Shown: positions 1 through 9,063 of the stretch, one piece after another
Position numbering within the stretch: the stretch's first letter is position 1
How the letters are laid out: each line of letters opens with the position of its first letter
Source: Bellilinea caldifistulae
GTDB taxonomy: Bacteria; Chloroflexota; Anaerolineae; Anaerolineales; Anaerolineaceae
Assembly: GCF_001306055.1 (NCBI RefSeq)
Contig: NZ_LGHJ01000018.1
Coordinates: 30,001 to 62,000, forward strand
Direction of reading: 5' to 3'
Length of the DNA: 32,000 bases
The notes under the pieces: model-generated
The model's input: the letters and a program-made list of their open reading frames with translations, nothing else
Told to the model about the DNA's origin: nothing
The model's database searches: none
Made by a program: the position numbers and the translations under genes

Positions 1-1281
1 GCAAAATGGCTTCCGCAATTTGGTATCCATTACAAACTGGGTATTGACGGAATCAGCCTGCCGCTGGTTTTGCTTTCGGGACTGGTCATTTTCTCGGGTG
101 TGTTGGTTTCATGGAATGTCGAGGATCGCCCGCGTGAGTTCTTTTCGTTCCTGATGTTTTTGGGGGCGAGTGTTCTGGGCGTTTTTTGTGCACTGGATTT
201 ATTCCTGCTGTTTTTCTTTTTTGAACTGGCTGTTTTTCCAAAGTATCTGATGATTGTGGTATGGGGTTACCCAAAGACGCGTGAATATGGCGGCATGAAA
301 TTAACCCTCTACCTTTTCATTGGTTCGGTAATTGCGCTGGTCGGCACCCTGGCGATTTACTTTGGCTCCGGTTTGCGAACCTTCGATTTGCTGGCATTGG
401 AACAGGCTGGCTTCCCGGCAGAATTTCAGCGTTTGTGGTTCCCGTTTGTCTTTCTGGGTTTTGCCATTTTGGGAGGCATTTTTCCCTTCCATAGTTGGGC
501 GCCGGATGGCCATGTCGCTGCCCCGACCGCCATCTCAATGCTGCTGGCCGGGGTGGAAATGAAAGTTGGCGCTTTTGCGGCTTTGCGGGTTGGTATTCAA
601 TTATTACCCGAAGGGGCGCAGTATTGGGCAGCGGCTATATTGCTGCTGGCGACAATTAATGTGGTGTATGGAGCTTTTATTGCTATGGTGCAGACCGATT
701 TCAAGTATGTCATTGGCTTCTCGTCGGTTTCACACATGGGATTGGTGCTGATTGGTTTTGCAACCCTCAACCGGGACGGCTTGCTGGGAGCCGGAATGCA
801 GATGTTTTCCCATGGGGTAATGACGGCTCTCTTCTTTGCGATTGTTGGAATGGTGTATGATCGCGCCCATACTCGCGAGATTGGGGCGTTGGGCGGTCTT
901 GTGCAAAAAATGCCCTGGGCAGCGGTGGGGTTTATCATTGGCGGTTTGGTTTCGATGGGAATGCCCGGTTTTTCGGGTTTTGTTTCGGAAATTCCGGTGT
1001 TCATGGGGGCGTGGCAGGTGGCTCCGCTGGTGGCTATCGTAGCCATCCTCGGTATTCTGATCACCGCAGCCTATATCTTCCTGGTTGTGCGGCGGGTTTT
1101 CTTTGGGGAAATTCCCCCAGCGCTGGATCAAAGCGTTACCGATATATCCCGTAAGGATAAACTGGTGATTGGAATGTTAGCACTGGTGATGATATTGCTG
1201 GGGTGGTTTCCCTCGCTCCTGACCCGTCTGATCGAACCCGGGGTTCAATCCATTTTAGCCCTGATTGGAGGTGGCCGGTGA
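1..1281 (+). CDS. nuoM: NADH-quinone oxidoreductase subunit M (complex I chain 4), 5'-truncated by the window edge
   Basis: Frame 1 is open from base 1 (AKWLPQFGIHYKLGIDGISLPLVLLSGL...), which matches the conserved NuoM N-proximal region, so the 70..1281 ORF is only the in-window part. It is polytopic and has the FPFHSWAPDGHVAAPT motif typical of NuoL/M/N antiporter-like subunits. The TGA stop lies at 1279-1281. Confidence 0.9.
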   Translation, partial: AKWLPQFGIHYKLGIDGISLPLVLLSGLVIFSGVLVSWNVEDRPREFFSFLMFLGASVLGVFCALDLFLLFFFFELAVFPKYLMIVVWGYPKTREYGGMKLTLYLFIGSVIALVGTLAIYFGSGLRTFDLLALEQAGFPAEFQRLWFPFVFLGFAILGGIFPFHSWAPDGHVAAPTAISMLLAGVEMKVGAFAALRVGIQLLPEGAQYWAAAILLLATINVVYGAFIAMVQTDFKYVIGFSSVSHMGLVLIGFATLNRDGLLGAGMQMFSHGVMTALFFAIVGMVYDRAHTREIGALGGLVQKMPWAAVGFIIGGLVSMGMPGFSGFVSEIPVFMGAWQVAPLVAIVAILGILITAAYIFLVVRRVFFGEIPPALDQSVTDISRKDKLVIGMLALVMILLGWFPSLLTRLIEPGVQSILALIGGGR

Positions 1282-2744
1282 GCTCTGCCTTCACTCCTGA
1301 AATGTGGCGCTCCATTTTTCCTGAAATCGGGTTGCTGATTCTTGCAATCGTCTTATTAGTTTTCGATCTAATCTGGCTTAAACAGCCTCAGATGCGCGCC
1401 AGATGGCTGGGGTGGATGACCAGTATCGGGATTGTCCTGATCATGGGGATTTCGGCTGGAATTTCAATGCCCCAGGGCCAGGGCAGCGTGGAGTGGGGCG
1501 GAATGCTGCGATTCGATGCCGCTGGATTTGTATTTCGGATGATTTTCATGAGCGCAGCCGCATTGACCGCTCTGTTTGCCAGCCAGTTTGAGGCATTGAA
1601 AAAACGAGGTGAATTCTATGCCCTTTTGTTGATCAGCACGCTGGGGATGAATCTGATGGCTTCGGCTGCAGATTTGATTTTGCTCTTCCTGGCGATTGAA
1701 ACTACCTCGCTTCCTTTGTATGTCATGGCAGGCTTCTTGACGCGGGATGACCGTTCGGTAGAAGCCGGCATTAAGTATTTTCTTTTTGGGGCAATTACCT
1801 CAGCCGTTATGTTGTACGGTTTTAGTCTGATTTACGGTCTGACCGGCACTACCCAGATTTATGAATTGCGTTCCGCTTTTCAAGCGGGTAATTTACCGGT
1901 CGGGTTAGCAGAATTAGTGATTGTTCTCGTACTGGTCGGTTTCGGGTTCAAGATTTCTGCAGCGCCGTTCCATTTTTGGGCGCCGGATGTTTATTCGGGT
2001 GCGCCAACACCGGTGGCGGGATTTCTCTCAACAGCCAGCAAAGCGGCCGGGTTTGCGGTTCTCTTACGGGTTCTTCAAATTGCCTTTGCCGGACAGGGCA
2101 GTTTGTGGACGGTGTTGATTGCGGTTCTTGCAACTGCCAGTATGCTCATCGGAAATTACCTTGCACTTGCACAACGCAGTATCAAACGACTGCTGGCTTA
2201 TTCTTCGATTGCTCATGCCGGCTATATCTTAATTGGGGTTGCTGCCGATTCGGAATTGGGCACGCTATCGGTAATTTATTACCTGATTGCCTATCTGGTG
2301 ACCAATCTGGCTGCTTTCGGCATCGTCAACCTCATCGAGAGTAGGGTGGGTTCGGATGAGATCAGTGCGCTGGCTGGACTGAACCGACGGTCTGCCGGTT
2401 TGGGGCTTGCCATGTTGGCTGCGCTGCTTTCCCTGGGGGGCATTCCTCCTTTTGCTGGCTTCTTCGCGAAATTGTTGGTCTTTGCGGCTGCCGTTGAACG
2501 AGGGTTGATCTGGCTGGTGCTGGTTGGGGTATTCAATGCGGTTGTGGGTTTATACTACTACTTGAATGTCCTCAAAGTGATTTATCTGCATCCTCCGGTT
2601 GAAGAGAAGGAAGTTTTCCCTCCGACCCCGGCTTGGAGGATTGCCTTGTGGGTGTGTCTGGCGGGTATCCTGCTGATTGGTTTCTGGTTTGCGCCGTGGT
2701 ATTCGTTGGCACAGGCTGCTACAAGCGCAATTTGGATTTATTGA
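1278..2744 (+). CDS. nuoN: NADH-quinone oxidoreductase subunit N (complex I chain 2)
   Basis: This is a polytopic protein with KISAAPFHFWAPDVYSGAPTPVAGFLS (NuoN/ND2 signature region), and it directly follows nuoM. I chose the GTG at 1278 as start because it overlaps the nuoM stop (GTGA) in the frame of the 1203 ORF. Residues upstream of it do not look NuoN-like. Confidence 0.85.
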   Translation: MSSAFTPEMWRSIFPEIGLLILAIVLLVFDLIWLKQPQMRARWLGWMTSIGIVLIMGISAGISMPQGQGSVEWGGMLRFDAAGFVFRMIFMSAAALTALFASQFEALKKRGEFYALLLISTLGMNLMASAADLILLFLAIETTSLPLYVMAGFLTRDDRSVEAGIKYFLFGAITSAVMLYGFSLIYGLTGTTQIYELRSAFQAGNLPVGLAELVIVLVLVGFGFKISAAPFHFWAPDVYSGAPTPVAGFLSTASKAAGFAVLLRVLQIAFAGQGSLWTVLIAVLATASMLIGNYLALAQRSIKRLLAYSSIAHAGYILIGVAADSELGTLSVIYYLIAYLVTNLAAFGIVNLIESRVGSDEISALAGLNRRSAGLGLAMLAALLSLGGIPPFAGFFAKLLVFAAAVERGLIWLVLVGVFNAVVGLYYYLNVLKVIYLHPPVEEKEVFPPTPAWRIALWVCLAGILLIGFWFAPWYSLAQAATSAIWIY

Positions 2745-2769
2745 CGCACAATTTTCCATCTGATATAAT
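2741..2769 (+). promoter_or_regulatory. Sigma-70-type promoter of the atp Fo operon (TTGACG-17 nt-TATAAT, with TG at the extended -10 position)
   Basis: TTGACG lies at 2741-2746 and overlaps the nuoN stop. The spacer is 17 nt, with TGa at 2761-2763 and TATAAT at 2764-2769. The first ATG (2779) is only 9 nt downstream and has no Shine-Dalgarno, which implies a leaderless or near-leaderless transcript. Confidence 0.5.
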
Positions 2770-2778
2770 GTTTTCGTC

Positions 2779-3093
2779 ATGAGCCAACCAAACGCCGATG
2801 AACCTTCACGACGCCAAAAAATTCTCAACCTGACCCTGGCGAGTGTAACGGCGCAGGTGGGGTGTGTTACTCTGGTGATTGTGTTGGCAGCGGTCTTTGC
2901 AGGCATCTGGCTGGATAACCGTTTTGAAACCCGCCCGTGGTTTACCGTGGGATTGCTGGTGGTAAGCATCCCGATCTCTCTGGCAATCATGTTCTGGATT
3001 GTCCGATTGGCGGTTTCAAAGATTAAACCCGGCTCTGGTATATCGAACAAATCTGGTAAAAAGGAGGAAACGGGTCTTGGAAACAACGCGTAA
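2779..3093 (+). CDS. AtpZ/AtpI-like small membrane protein of the ATP synthase operon
   Basis: The protein is 104 aa with two predicted TM helices. The pattern GIWLDNRFETRPWFTVGLLV resembles the G-x-WLD...T-x-PWF signature I recall for the ATPase_gene1 (AtpZ/AtpR/AtpI) family. It sits immediately upstream of atpB. Confidence 0.6.
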   Translation: MSQPNADEPSRRQKILNLTLASVTAQVGCVTLVIVLAAVFAGIWLDNRFETRPWFTVGLLVVSIPISLAIMFWIVRLAVSKIKPGSGISNKSGKKEETGLGNNA

Positions 3094-4048
3094 ATGGCGC
3101 TGGGGAAAAAACCGTTGGATTGTGCTGTTGTTTATCGTTTTGAGTGTTGTAGCCATCAACATTGCCGTCCCTGTCCAGCCTCACATTCAAGTTGCTCCCG
3201 AAAGAATAATTGAAGAACCCTTATTCAATCTAGGCCCGCTGGGGGATTTTTATCTGGTCAACACACTGCCGACTTTGTTGGTCGTTGATCTGATCATCAT
3301 TGCCATGGCATTTGCTGTCCGGCAGAGCCTTCGGAAAGGTGACCTTGTCCCGCGCGGAATTGCCGGTGCGATGGAAGGTTTGATTGAGGTTTTATACAAC
3401 CTGACCGAATCGGCGGCTGGAAAACATGCCCGGCGCATTTTCCCGTGGTTTGCCACGATTATGATTCTGGTACTGGTTGCCAACCTGATGAAAATATTGC
3501 CGGGTATGGAATCCATTGGGGTGATGCATCATTATGAGCCCGGTCATCCGATTCAAAATCTGTTTGGGAATGTTTACACGGTTCTTCCGGGTGAAGCAGA
3601 ACACGGGGAGGGATATATCGTGACCCCCTTCTTCCGTGCGCTTTCCACGGATTTGAACTTCACCCTGGCTCTGGCTTTGATTTCGGTGTTCATGACGCAG
3701 GTGATTGGGGTTCAGACTCAGGGATTGCGGTATTTCACCAAATTCATTAACTTCACCACGATGTTCAAAAAACCCTTTTTCGGATTTATGGACTTTCTGG
3801 TGGGTTTGTTGGAATTGATTTCAGAATTTGCTAAAATCCTCTCATTTACATTCCGTTTGTTTGGTGTTATGTTTTCCGGTTTCGTACTGGTGGCATTGGT
3901 GGCGACATTGCTGCCTGTTTTCGTGCCATCCATGATTTACATGTTTGAGGTCTTCATGGGCGTCATTCAGGCCTTTGTCTTTGGAATGTTGACGATGGTC
4001 TTTATGGCAATGGCGACCCGCGGTCACGGTGAAGAAGAACATCACTGA
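3077..4048 (+). CDS. atpB: F-type ATP synthase Fo subunit a
   Basis: Polytopic protein whose C-terminal region ...ISEFAKILSFTFRLFGVMFSG...VFMGVIQAFVFGMLTMVF contains the conserved Arg helix (R-L-F-G-N/V) and the QA-x-VF motif of subunit a. I set the start at TTG 3077, which lies 9 nt after the strong SD AAGGAGG (3061-3067). The 2999 ORF start would overlap about 95 nt of the upstream gene. Confidence 0.85.
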   Translation: METTRKWRWGKNRWIVLLFIVLSVVAINIAVPVQPHIQVAPERIIEEPLFNLGPLGDFYLVNTLPTLLVVDLIIIAMAFAVRQSLRKGDLVPRGIAGAMEGLIEVLYNLTESAAGKHARRIFPWFATIMILVLVANLMKILPGMESIGVMHHYEPGHPIQNLFGNVYTVLPGEAEHGEGYIVTPFFRALSTDLNFTLALALISVFMTQVIGVQTQGLRYFTKFINFTTMFKKPFFGFMDFLVGLLELISEFAKILSFTFRLFGVMFSGFVLVALVATLLPVFVPSMIYMFEVFMGVIQAFVFGMLTMVFMAMATRGHGEEEHH

Positions 4049-4089
4049 AATTTGAAATTATCCACCACATTCGAGGAGGTCAACAAACA

Positions 4090-4326
4090 ATGGAAGGCAA
4101 CATCGTTTTAGCAGCAAAATTTATTGGCGCGGGTCTGGCGATGATTGGTGCGCTCGGCGCCGGGATTGGGATTGGCCTGAGTGTGCAGGGCGCTTTGCAG
4201 GGCATGGCTCGCAACCCGGATGCTTACGGTAATCTGCTTACCAACATGATTTTGGGTATTGCTTTTTCCGAAGCGATTGCGATTTACTGTCTGGTGATTG
4301 CATTCTTGATGTTGTTCGTGTTGTGA
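4090..4326 (+). CDS. atpE: F-type ATP synthase Fo subunit c
   Basis: A 78-aa hairpin protein with a Gly-rich helix 1 (GAGLAMIGALGAGIGIG), the loop MARNPD, and the carboxylate in AFSEAIAIY. The SD GAGGAGG lies at 4073-4079. Confidence 0.92.
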   Translation: MEGNIVLAAKFIGAGLAMIGALGAGIGIGLSVQGALQGMARNPDAYGNLLTNMILGIAFSEAIAIYCLVIAFLMLFVL

Positions 4327-4336
4327 GGAGGTCGCT

Positions 4337-5074
4337 TTGGAAAAGTTAGGCATCAATCTAGGCTTTATTTTGATCCAAATCCTTTCTTTTGGGATCATTT
4401 TTATTGTCCTGAAAGAGTGGGTATATAAACCCCTGACAGCCCAGTTGGAAAAACGCCGGCGGGCAATTGCGCAGGGACTGGAAGATGCCCGGGTGGCTGC
4501 CGAGGCGCGCGCAAATGCAGAACGTGAGTCCAGCCGGATAATTTCTGAAGCCCAGCAAAAGGCAGCCGAAATTGTGAGAGAAGCAACCGAACGGGCGGAA
4601 GCAGCTGCCAAAGATGTGCGCTTGCAGGCCAATGCCGAAATTGCCAAAGCCCGTGAACAGGCAATGGCGGAGATTGAACAGGAACGTAATCGTGTATTGA
4701 GCGAAGTACGCGGTCAAATTGCGGCACTGGCAATTGCAGCAACCCAAAAGTTGATTGGCCAAACGCTGGACGAACAACGCCAACACGCACTTTTGGAAGA
4801 ATTCTTCTCAGGTGTACGGGGCGGTAAGGTGGTCGTTTTGGAAAATGAAACGATCAGCGGACAGGCCGCAGAGATTACCAGCGCATTACCGCTTACCGAG
4901 GCGGAACAACAATCGGTCAAGCAGGATATCCTCGCCAGACTGGGCGGAGCGGCCTCGGTTACCTTCCGGGTTGACCCCTCGATTTTAGGTGGATTGATCA
5001 TCAAGGTTGGTGATCGGGTGATTGACGGATCGGTGGCTGGTCAACTACAAGGGCTGCGCCAGACCTTGCTCTAA
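4337..5074 (+). CDS. atpF: F-type ATP synthase Fo subunit b fused to the C-terminal domain of subunit delta (OSCP)
   Basis: TTG start, 5 nt after SD GAGGAGG (4325-4331). The N-terminus has a single TM helix followed by a long Ala/Glu/Arg/Gln-rich coiled coil, as in subunit b. The last ~75 aa (AEITSALPLTEAEQ...VDPSILGGLIIKVGDRVIDGSVAGQLQGLRQTLL) match the conserved delta/OSCP C-terminus (GD-x-VIDGSV-x-G-x-L). Confidence 0.8.
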   Translation: MEKLGINLGFILIQILSFGIIFIVLKEWVYKPLTAQLEKRRRAIAQGLEDARVAAEARANAERESSRIISEAQQKAAEIVREATERAEAAAKDVRLQANAEIAKAREQAMAEIEQERNRVLSEVRGQIAALAIAATQKLIGQTLDEQRQHALLEEFFSGVRGGKVVVLENETISGQAAEITSALPLTEAEQQSVKQDILARLGGAASVTFRVDPSILGGLIIKVGDRVIDGSVAGQLQGLRQTLL

Positions 5075-5099
5075 AAACTTTTTTGGGTAGGAGATTTTT

Positions 5100-5135
5100 G
5101 CCACCTGTGATATAAAATGACAGGTGGCATTTGTT
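5100..5135 (+). terminator. Hairpin terminator/attenuator after the Fo operon
   Basis: GCCACCTGT (5100-5108) pairs with ACAGGTGGC (5120-5128) around an 11-nt loop and is followed by ATTTGTT. The T-tract is weak, so termination may be partial. Confidence 0.45.
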
Positions 5136-5145
5136 ATCTGCTACG

Positions 5146-6708
5146 ATGAAGAGACTTGAAGAACTCATTCAAAATTTGCCAGTAAAAGTGCTGGCTGCCC
5201 AAAACCTGAGCGGGGTAAAGGTGAGCGGTATCGTGCTGGATTCGCGTCAGGTGCAGCCGGGCTACCTGTTTGTGGCGTTGAGTGGTGGAAATACCGACGG
5301 GCATCGCTTTATTCCCTCGGCAGTGGAAAGAGGCGCGGCTGCGGTGGTTGGCAGTAAACCGTTGAGTGAAGTTCCCTCCGACCTGCCCTATATTCAGGTG
5401 GAAGAAACACGGCCGGCGCTGGCGTATCTTTCAGCGGCTTTTTTTGACTACCCGGCGCGGTCGTTGACGGTGATTGGTGTAACCGGCACTGATGGGAAAA
5501 CAACCACTTCGACCATCATTTATTCCATTCTGCGCAGTGCGGGATTAAAAGCTGGGATCATCTCCACGGTGAATGCTGTGATTGGGGATGAGGTCATTGA
5601 CACCGGATTTCATGTTACTACACCGGAAGCACCGGATGTGCAACGTTATCTGGCAAAAATGCGGGATGCCGGACTAACCCATGTGGTTCTCGAGGCGACT
5701 TCACACGGTCTGGCACAGGATCGGGTGACTGCTTGCGAGTTTGACATCGGGGTTGTTACCAACATCACCCATGAACACCTGGATTATCACGGCTCATATG
5801 AGGCTTACCGGGCTGCTAAAGCGCGCTTGTTTCAACATCTGCAATCTACGGTTGAAAAACCACAGGGAAATCCGCGACTGGCGGTACTCAATCGTGATGA
5901 CCAATCTTATGATTACCTGAACGACCTGATCAGTGGCCGAAAGCTAACCTACAGTGTAGTTAATCAAGCCGATTTTATGGCACTCCATCCAGAGTACACA
6001 CCGAGAGGGTTGGTCTTTCAAGTTTGCTTTGAGGGCGAAAAACTTATCGAAATCCACAGCCGCCTGGTTGGAGAGTACAATATCTCCAATATTCTGGCAG
6101 CCCTGACGGCAACGATTGGGGGGGTAGGTATTCCACCGGCTGAAGCCGCGCTTGGGGTGGAGAGGACAAATCCTGTGCCGGGCAGAATGGAACAGATAGA
6201 TTTAGGACAGGATTTTATTGCAATTGTTGACTTTGCCCACACTCCCAATGCGCTCAAGCGGGCTCTTCAAACGGCTCGCCAGATGACCAGCGGGAAAGTA
6301 ATTGCGGTTTTTGGCTCGGCCGGGCTGCGGGATCGGCTTAAACGACGGATGATGGCAGAAACTTCCGCAGAACTGGCAGATGTGACCATCTTGACCGCAG
6401 AGGATCCGCGCACCGAATCGCTGGAAGAGATTTTAGAGGAAATGGCAAAGGCTGCTCGATCCAGTGGGGGAGTCGAGGGGAAAAATCTTTTTCGTGTAGC
6501 CGACAGGGGTGCGGCAATTCGGCTGGCTGTTCAGCTGGCAAAACCTGGCGATCTGGTCATGGCGCTTGGTAAGGGTCACGAGCAATCCATGTGTTTTGGA
6601 GAGATTGAGTATCCATGGGATGATCGCGTAGCGATGAGAGCAGCTCTGGCAGAGCGGATGGGATTGCAAGGCCATTCCATGCCGTACCTGCCTACCCAGG
6701 ATAAGTGA
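5146..6708 (+). CDS. murE: UDP-N-acetylmuramoyl-L-alanyl-D-glutamate--2,6-diaminopimelate ligase
   Basis: Mur ligase architecture with the P-loop GVTGTDGKTTT, then HVVLEATSHGL, and the DAP-type motif region GSAGLRDRLKRRMMAE (DNPR-like position). Start is the ATG at 5146 (MKRLEELIQ...). The TTG at 5131 is an alternative. Confidence 0.88.
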   Translation: MKRLEELIQNLPVKVLAAQNLSGVKVSGIVLDSRQVQPGYLFVALSGGNTDGHRFIPSAVERGAAAVVGSKPLSEVPSDLPYIQVEETRPALAYLSAAFFDYPARSLTVIGVTGTDGKTTTSTIIYSILRSAGLKAGIISTVNAVIGDEVIDTGFHVTTPEAPDVQRYLAKMRDAGLTHVVLEATSHGLAQDRVTACEFDIGVVTNITHEHLDYHGSYEAYRAAKARLFQHLQSTVEKPQGNPRLAVLNRDDQSYDYLNDLISGRKLTYSVVNQADFMALHPEYTPRGLVFQVCFEGEKLIEIHSRLVGEYNISNILAALTATIGGVGIPPAEAALGVERTNPVPGRMEQIDLGQDFIAIVDFAHTPNALKRALQTARQMTSGKVIAVFGSAGLRDRLKRRMMAETSAELADVTILTAEDPRTESLEEILEEMAKAARSSGGVEGKNLFRVADRGAAIRLAVQLAKPGDLVMALGKGHEQSMCFGEIEYPWDDRVAMRAALAERMGLQGHSMPYLPTQDK

Positions 6709-6740
6709 AAAACAAACCGCCCACCGAAACCGGTGGGCGG
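6707..6740 (-). terminator. Intrinsic terminator of pnp, between convergent murE and pnp
   Basis: A 10-bp GC-rich stem pairs CCGCCCACCG (6717-6726) with CGGTGGGCGG (6731-6740) around loop AAAC. On the minus strand it is followed by TTTGTTTTTC. On the plus strand there is no T-tract. Confidence 0.7.
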
Positions 6741-6779
6741 TAGATCAGCTTTGGGATGGTCTCTCGATATGTTCGGCTA

Positions 6780-9044
6780 TTAACGGCGACGTTGCCCACC
6801 GCGGTTGTCAAAACCGCGATCCCCACCGCCACGCCGTTCACCACCACCCGGTCTTCCACCACCGGATGGCCGATTGCCACCGGATGGACGCCCACCCGAA
6901 GGTCGGCCTCCGCTGCGGCCATTGCGGTCATTTGCCTGGGCTTCTTCCAGTGACCATCCTTCTAAAACGGCTTGCCGTGAAAGGCGGATTTTTCCGGATT
7001 CGTCTATACCGGTCACCATGACGGTGATCTCGTCGCCGACATCCACGACATCCTGAACGCTGGCAACCCGTTCGCTATCCAGCTGCGAGATGTGAACCAT
7101 CCCGTCTACGTTCGGTAGGATTTCAACAAAGGCACCAAAATCGGTTACCCTGACCACTTTACCGGTGTAAATTCGTCCCACCTGCGGGATTTCGATGAGC
7201 GATTCAATTCGTTCACGGGCGGAACTTTCGCCAATTCCATCCGTTGCAGCGATATAAACGGTACCGTCATCGTCAATATCAATTTTGGTATTGGTTTCTT
7301 CCTGGATGGCACGGATGATCTTGCCGCCCGGACCGATAATGGCGCCAATTTTATCTACCGGAACCTGAATGATGGTGATACGCGGAGCATGCGGTTTAAG
7401 CGAAGGGCGCGGGGCCGGAATGACTTCCAGCATCTTGTCGAGAATGAAAAGGCGTGCTTGACGAGCCTGTTCCAGAGCCTGTGTCATCAACTCAGCGGTG
7501 ATGCCTTTGATTTTGATGTCCATCTGGAGGGCAGTAATGCCTTCCCGCGTTCCGGCAACTTTGAAATCCATGTCCCCAAGATGATCTTCCATCCCCTGAA
7601 TATCGGTCAGGATTTGGAAGCGGTCGCCTTCCTTAATAAGACCCATAGCCACCCCAGCAACCGGTGCTTTGATTGGCACGCCGGTATCCATTAAAGCCAG
7701 AGTGGAACCGCAAACGGACGCCATCGAAGTGGAGCCGTTTGAAGAGAGCACCTCGGAAACAAGGCGGAGAGTATAGGGGAATTCTTTCTCTGGCGGGATA
7801 ACGGGTACTAAGGCGCGTTCAGCCAGAGCACCGTGACCAATTTCCCGGCGGGATTGACCGCGCAAAGGTTTAACCTCCCCGGTTGAATAGGGCGGGAAGT
7901 TGTAATGGTGCATGTAACGTTTGGTTTCAATCGGGGTCAGGTTATCCAGTTCCTGGGCTTCTTTGGGAGTGCCGAGGGTGGCCAGCGTCAACACCTGAGT
8001 TTCACCGCGGGTGAACAAACCGGATCCGTGGGCGCGGGGTGAAACATCCACTTCGCACCAGATGGGACGGATTTCGGTTGGGGTACGACCATCCGGTCGA
8101 ATCCCACGATTAAGGATGCGGTTGCGCACAACTTCTTTCAAGACCTGATCAAAGGCTTCGGTTGCCGCTTTGGTGAGGGTCTCGTCCTCGGCGGTGAATT
8201 CGGCCACAACGGTTTCGCGTAATTCGTCAAGGCTTTCGTTGAGTTCCGATTTGGTGTGGGGCGCATCCAGGCGGGCTTCGATTTCGGCTGCTACCCGTTG
8301 ACGCATACGTTCTACAAGGCTCTCATCGAGCGTTTCGATGGTAACTTCACGCTTGGGTTTGCCGATTTCGGCAGCCATTTTTTCCTGAACATCAATCAGT
8401 GGCTGGAGGGCTTGATGACCGAACATCAAGGCTTCAACCATTACATCTTCGGGAATGATATCGGCTCCGCATTCCACCATCAAAATGGCTTCCCGAGTTC
8501 CAGCGATACGTAAATCCAGGTCGGATTGCTCTTTTTGATCAAAGGTCGGATTGATGATGAATTCACCATTGATGCGTCCGACTCGCACGGCGCCAATTGG
8601 CCCGCCCCAAGGGATGTCGGAGATCATCAAAGCCGCTGAGGCAGCGTTGACAGCCAGGATGTCAAGCGGATTATCCTTGTCGGCTGACAAGGAAAAGCAA
8701 ATCACCTGGACTTCATTGCGCATATTTTTTGGAAAAAGCGGGCGCAGAGGGCGGTCAATCAGGCGCGAGATGAGGATTGCCTCATCGGAAGGTTTTCCTT
8801 CCCTGCGGAAGAAAGAACCCGGAATACGCCCCCCGGCGTACATGCGCTCTTCGTAATCAACCGATAGCGGAAAGAAGTCAATACCTTCCCGAACGCCACC
8901 CATGGTTGCCGCGGCAAAGACAATTGAATCGCCGAGTCGTAGAGTGACAGCGCCACCCGCTTGACCGGCTAATTTGCCCGTTTCGATGGTTATGGTACGA
9001 CCACCGACCTGGGCTGTGTAAATTTTTGCTTCAGGTTTACTCAT
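6780..9044 (-). CDS. pnp: Polyribonucleotide nucleotidyltransferase (PNPase) with an Arg/Gly-rich C-terminal tail
   Basis: The protein is 754 aa. It shows two RNase PH-like domains, a KH domain ([18 protein letters not shown]) and an S1 domain ([20 protein letters not shown]). It sits in the classical position downstream of rpsO. The SD GAGAGGA lies at 9051-9057. Confidence 0.95.
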   Translation of the reverse strand: MSKPEAKIYTAQVGGRTITIETGKLAGQAGGAVTLRLGDSIVFAAATMGGVREGIDFFPLSVDYEERMYAGGRIPGSFFRREGKPSDEAILISRLIDRPLRPLFPKNMRNEVQVICFSLSADKDNPLDILAVNAASAALMISDIPWGGPIGAVRVGRINGEFIINPTFDQKEQSDLDLRIAGTREAILMVECGADIIPEDVMVEALMFGHQALQPLIDVQEKMAAEIGKPKREVTIETLDESLVERMRQRVAAEIEARLDAPHTKSELNESLDELRETVVAEFTAEDETLTKAATEAFDQVLKEVVRNRILNRGIRPDGRTPTEIRPIWCEVDVSPRAHGSGLFTRGETQVLTLATLGTPKEAQELDNLTPIETKRYMHHYNFPPYSTGEVKPLRGQSRREIGHGALAERALVPVIPPEKEFPYTLRLVSEVLSSNGSTSMASVCGSTLALMDTGVPIKAPVAGVAMGLIKEGDRFQILTDIQGMEDHLGDMDFKVAGTREGITALQMDIKIKGITAELMTQALEQARQARLFILDKMLEVIPAPRPSLKPHAPRITIIQVPVDKIGAIIGPGGKIIRAIQEETNTKIDIDDDGTVYIAATDGIGESSARERIESLIEIPQVGRIYTGKVVRVTDFGAFVEILPNVDGMVHISQLDSERVASVQDVVDVGDEITVMVTGIDESGKIRLSRQAVLEGWSLEEAQANDRNGRSGGRPSGGRPSGGNRPSGGGRPGGGERRGGGDRGFDNRGGQRRR

Positions 9045-9063
9045 TTTTATCCTCTCGTTTATT

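Noticed and set aside
4108-4647. Long antisense ORFs: 4108..4647(-), 597..1064(-), 730..1131(-), 2550..3086(-), 11283..11723(+), 12604..13158(+), 16570..16950(-), 27789..28142(+), 28384..28890(+), 29682..30167(-)
   Set aside because: Each lies fully antisense to, or out of frame within, a gene with clear homology. Their translations are low-complexity (Arg/Pro/Ser/Cys-rich) and lack start signals. These are typical shadow ORFs of GC-rich coding DNA.
5109-5119. TATAAA in the loop of the post-atp hairpin as a murE promoter
   Set aside because: There is no acceptable -35 at 16-18 nt, since TTGCCA is only 7 nt away. The element is more simply the loop of the terminator hairpin. How murE (no SD before ATG 5146) is expressed remains unresolved.
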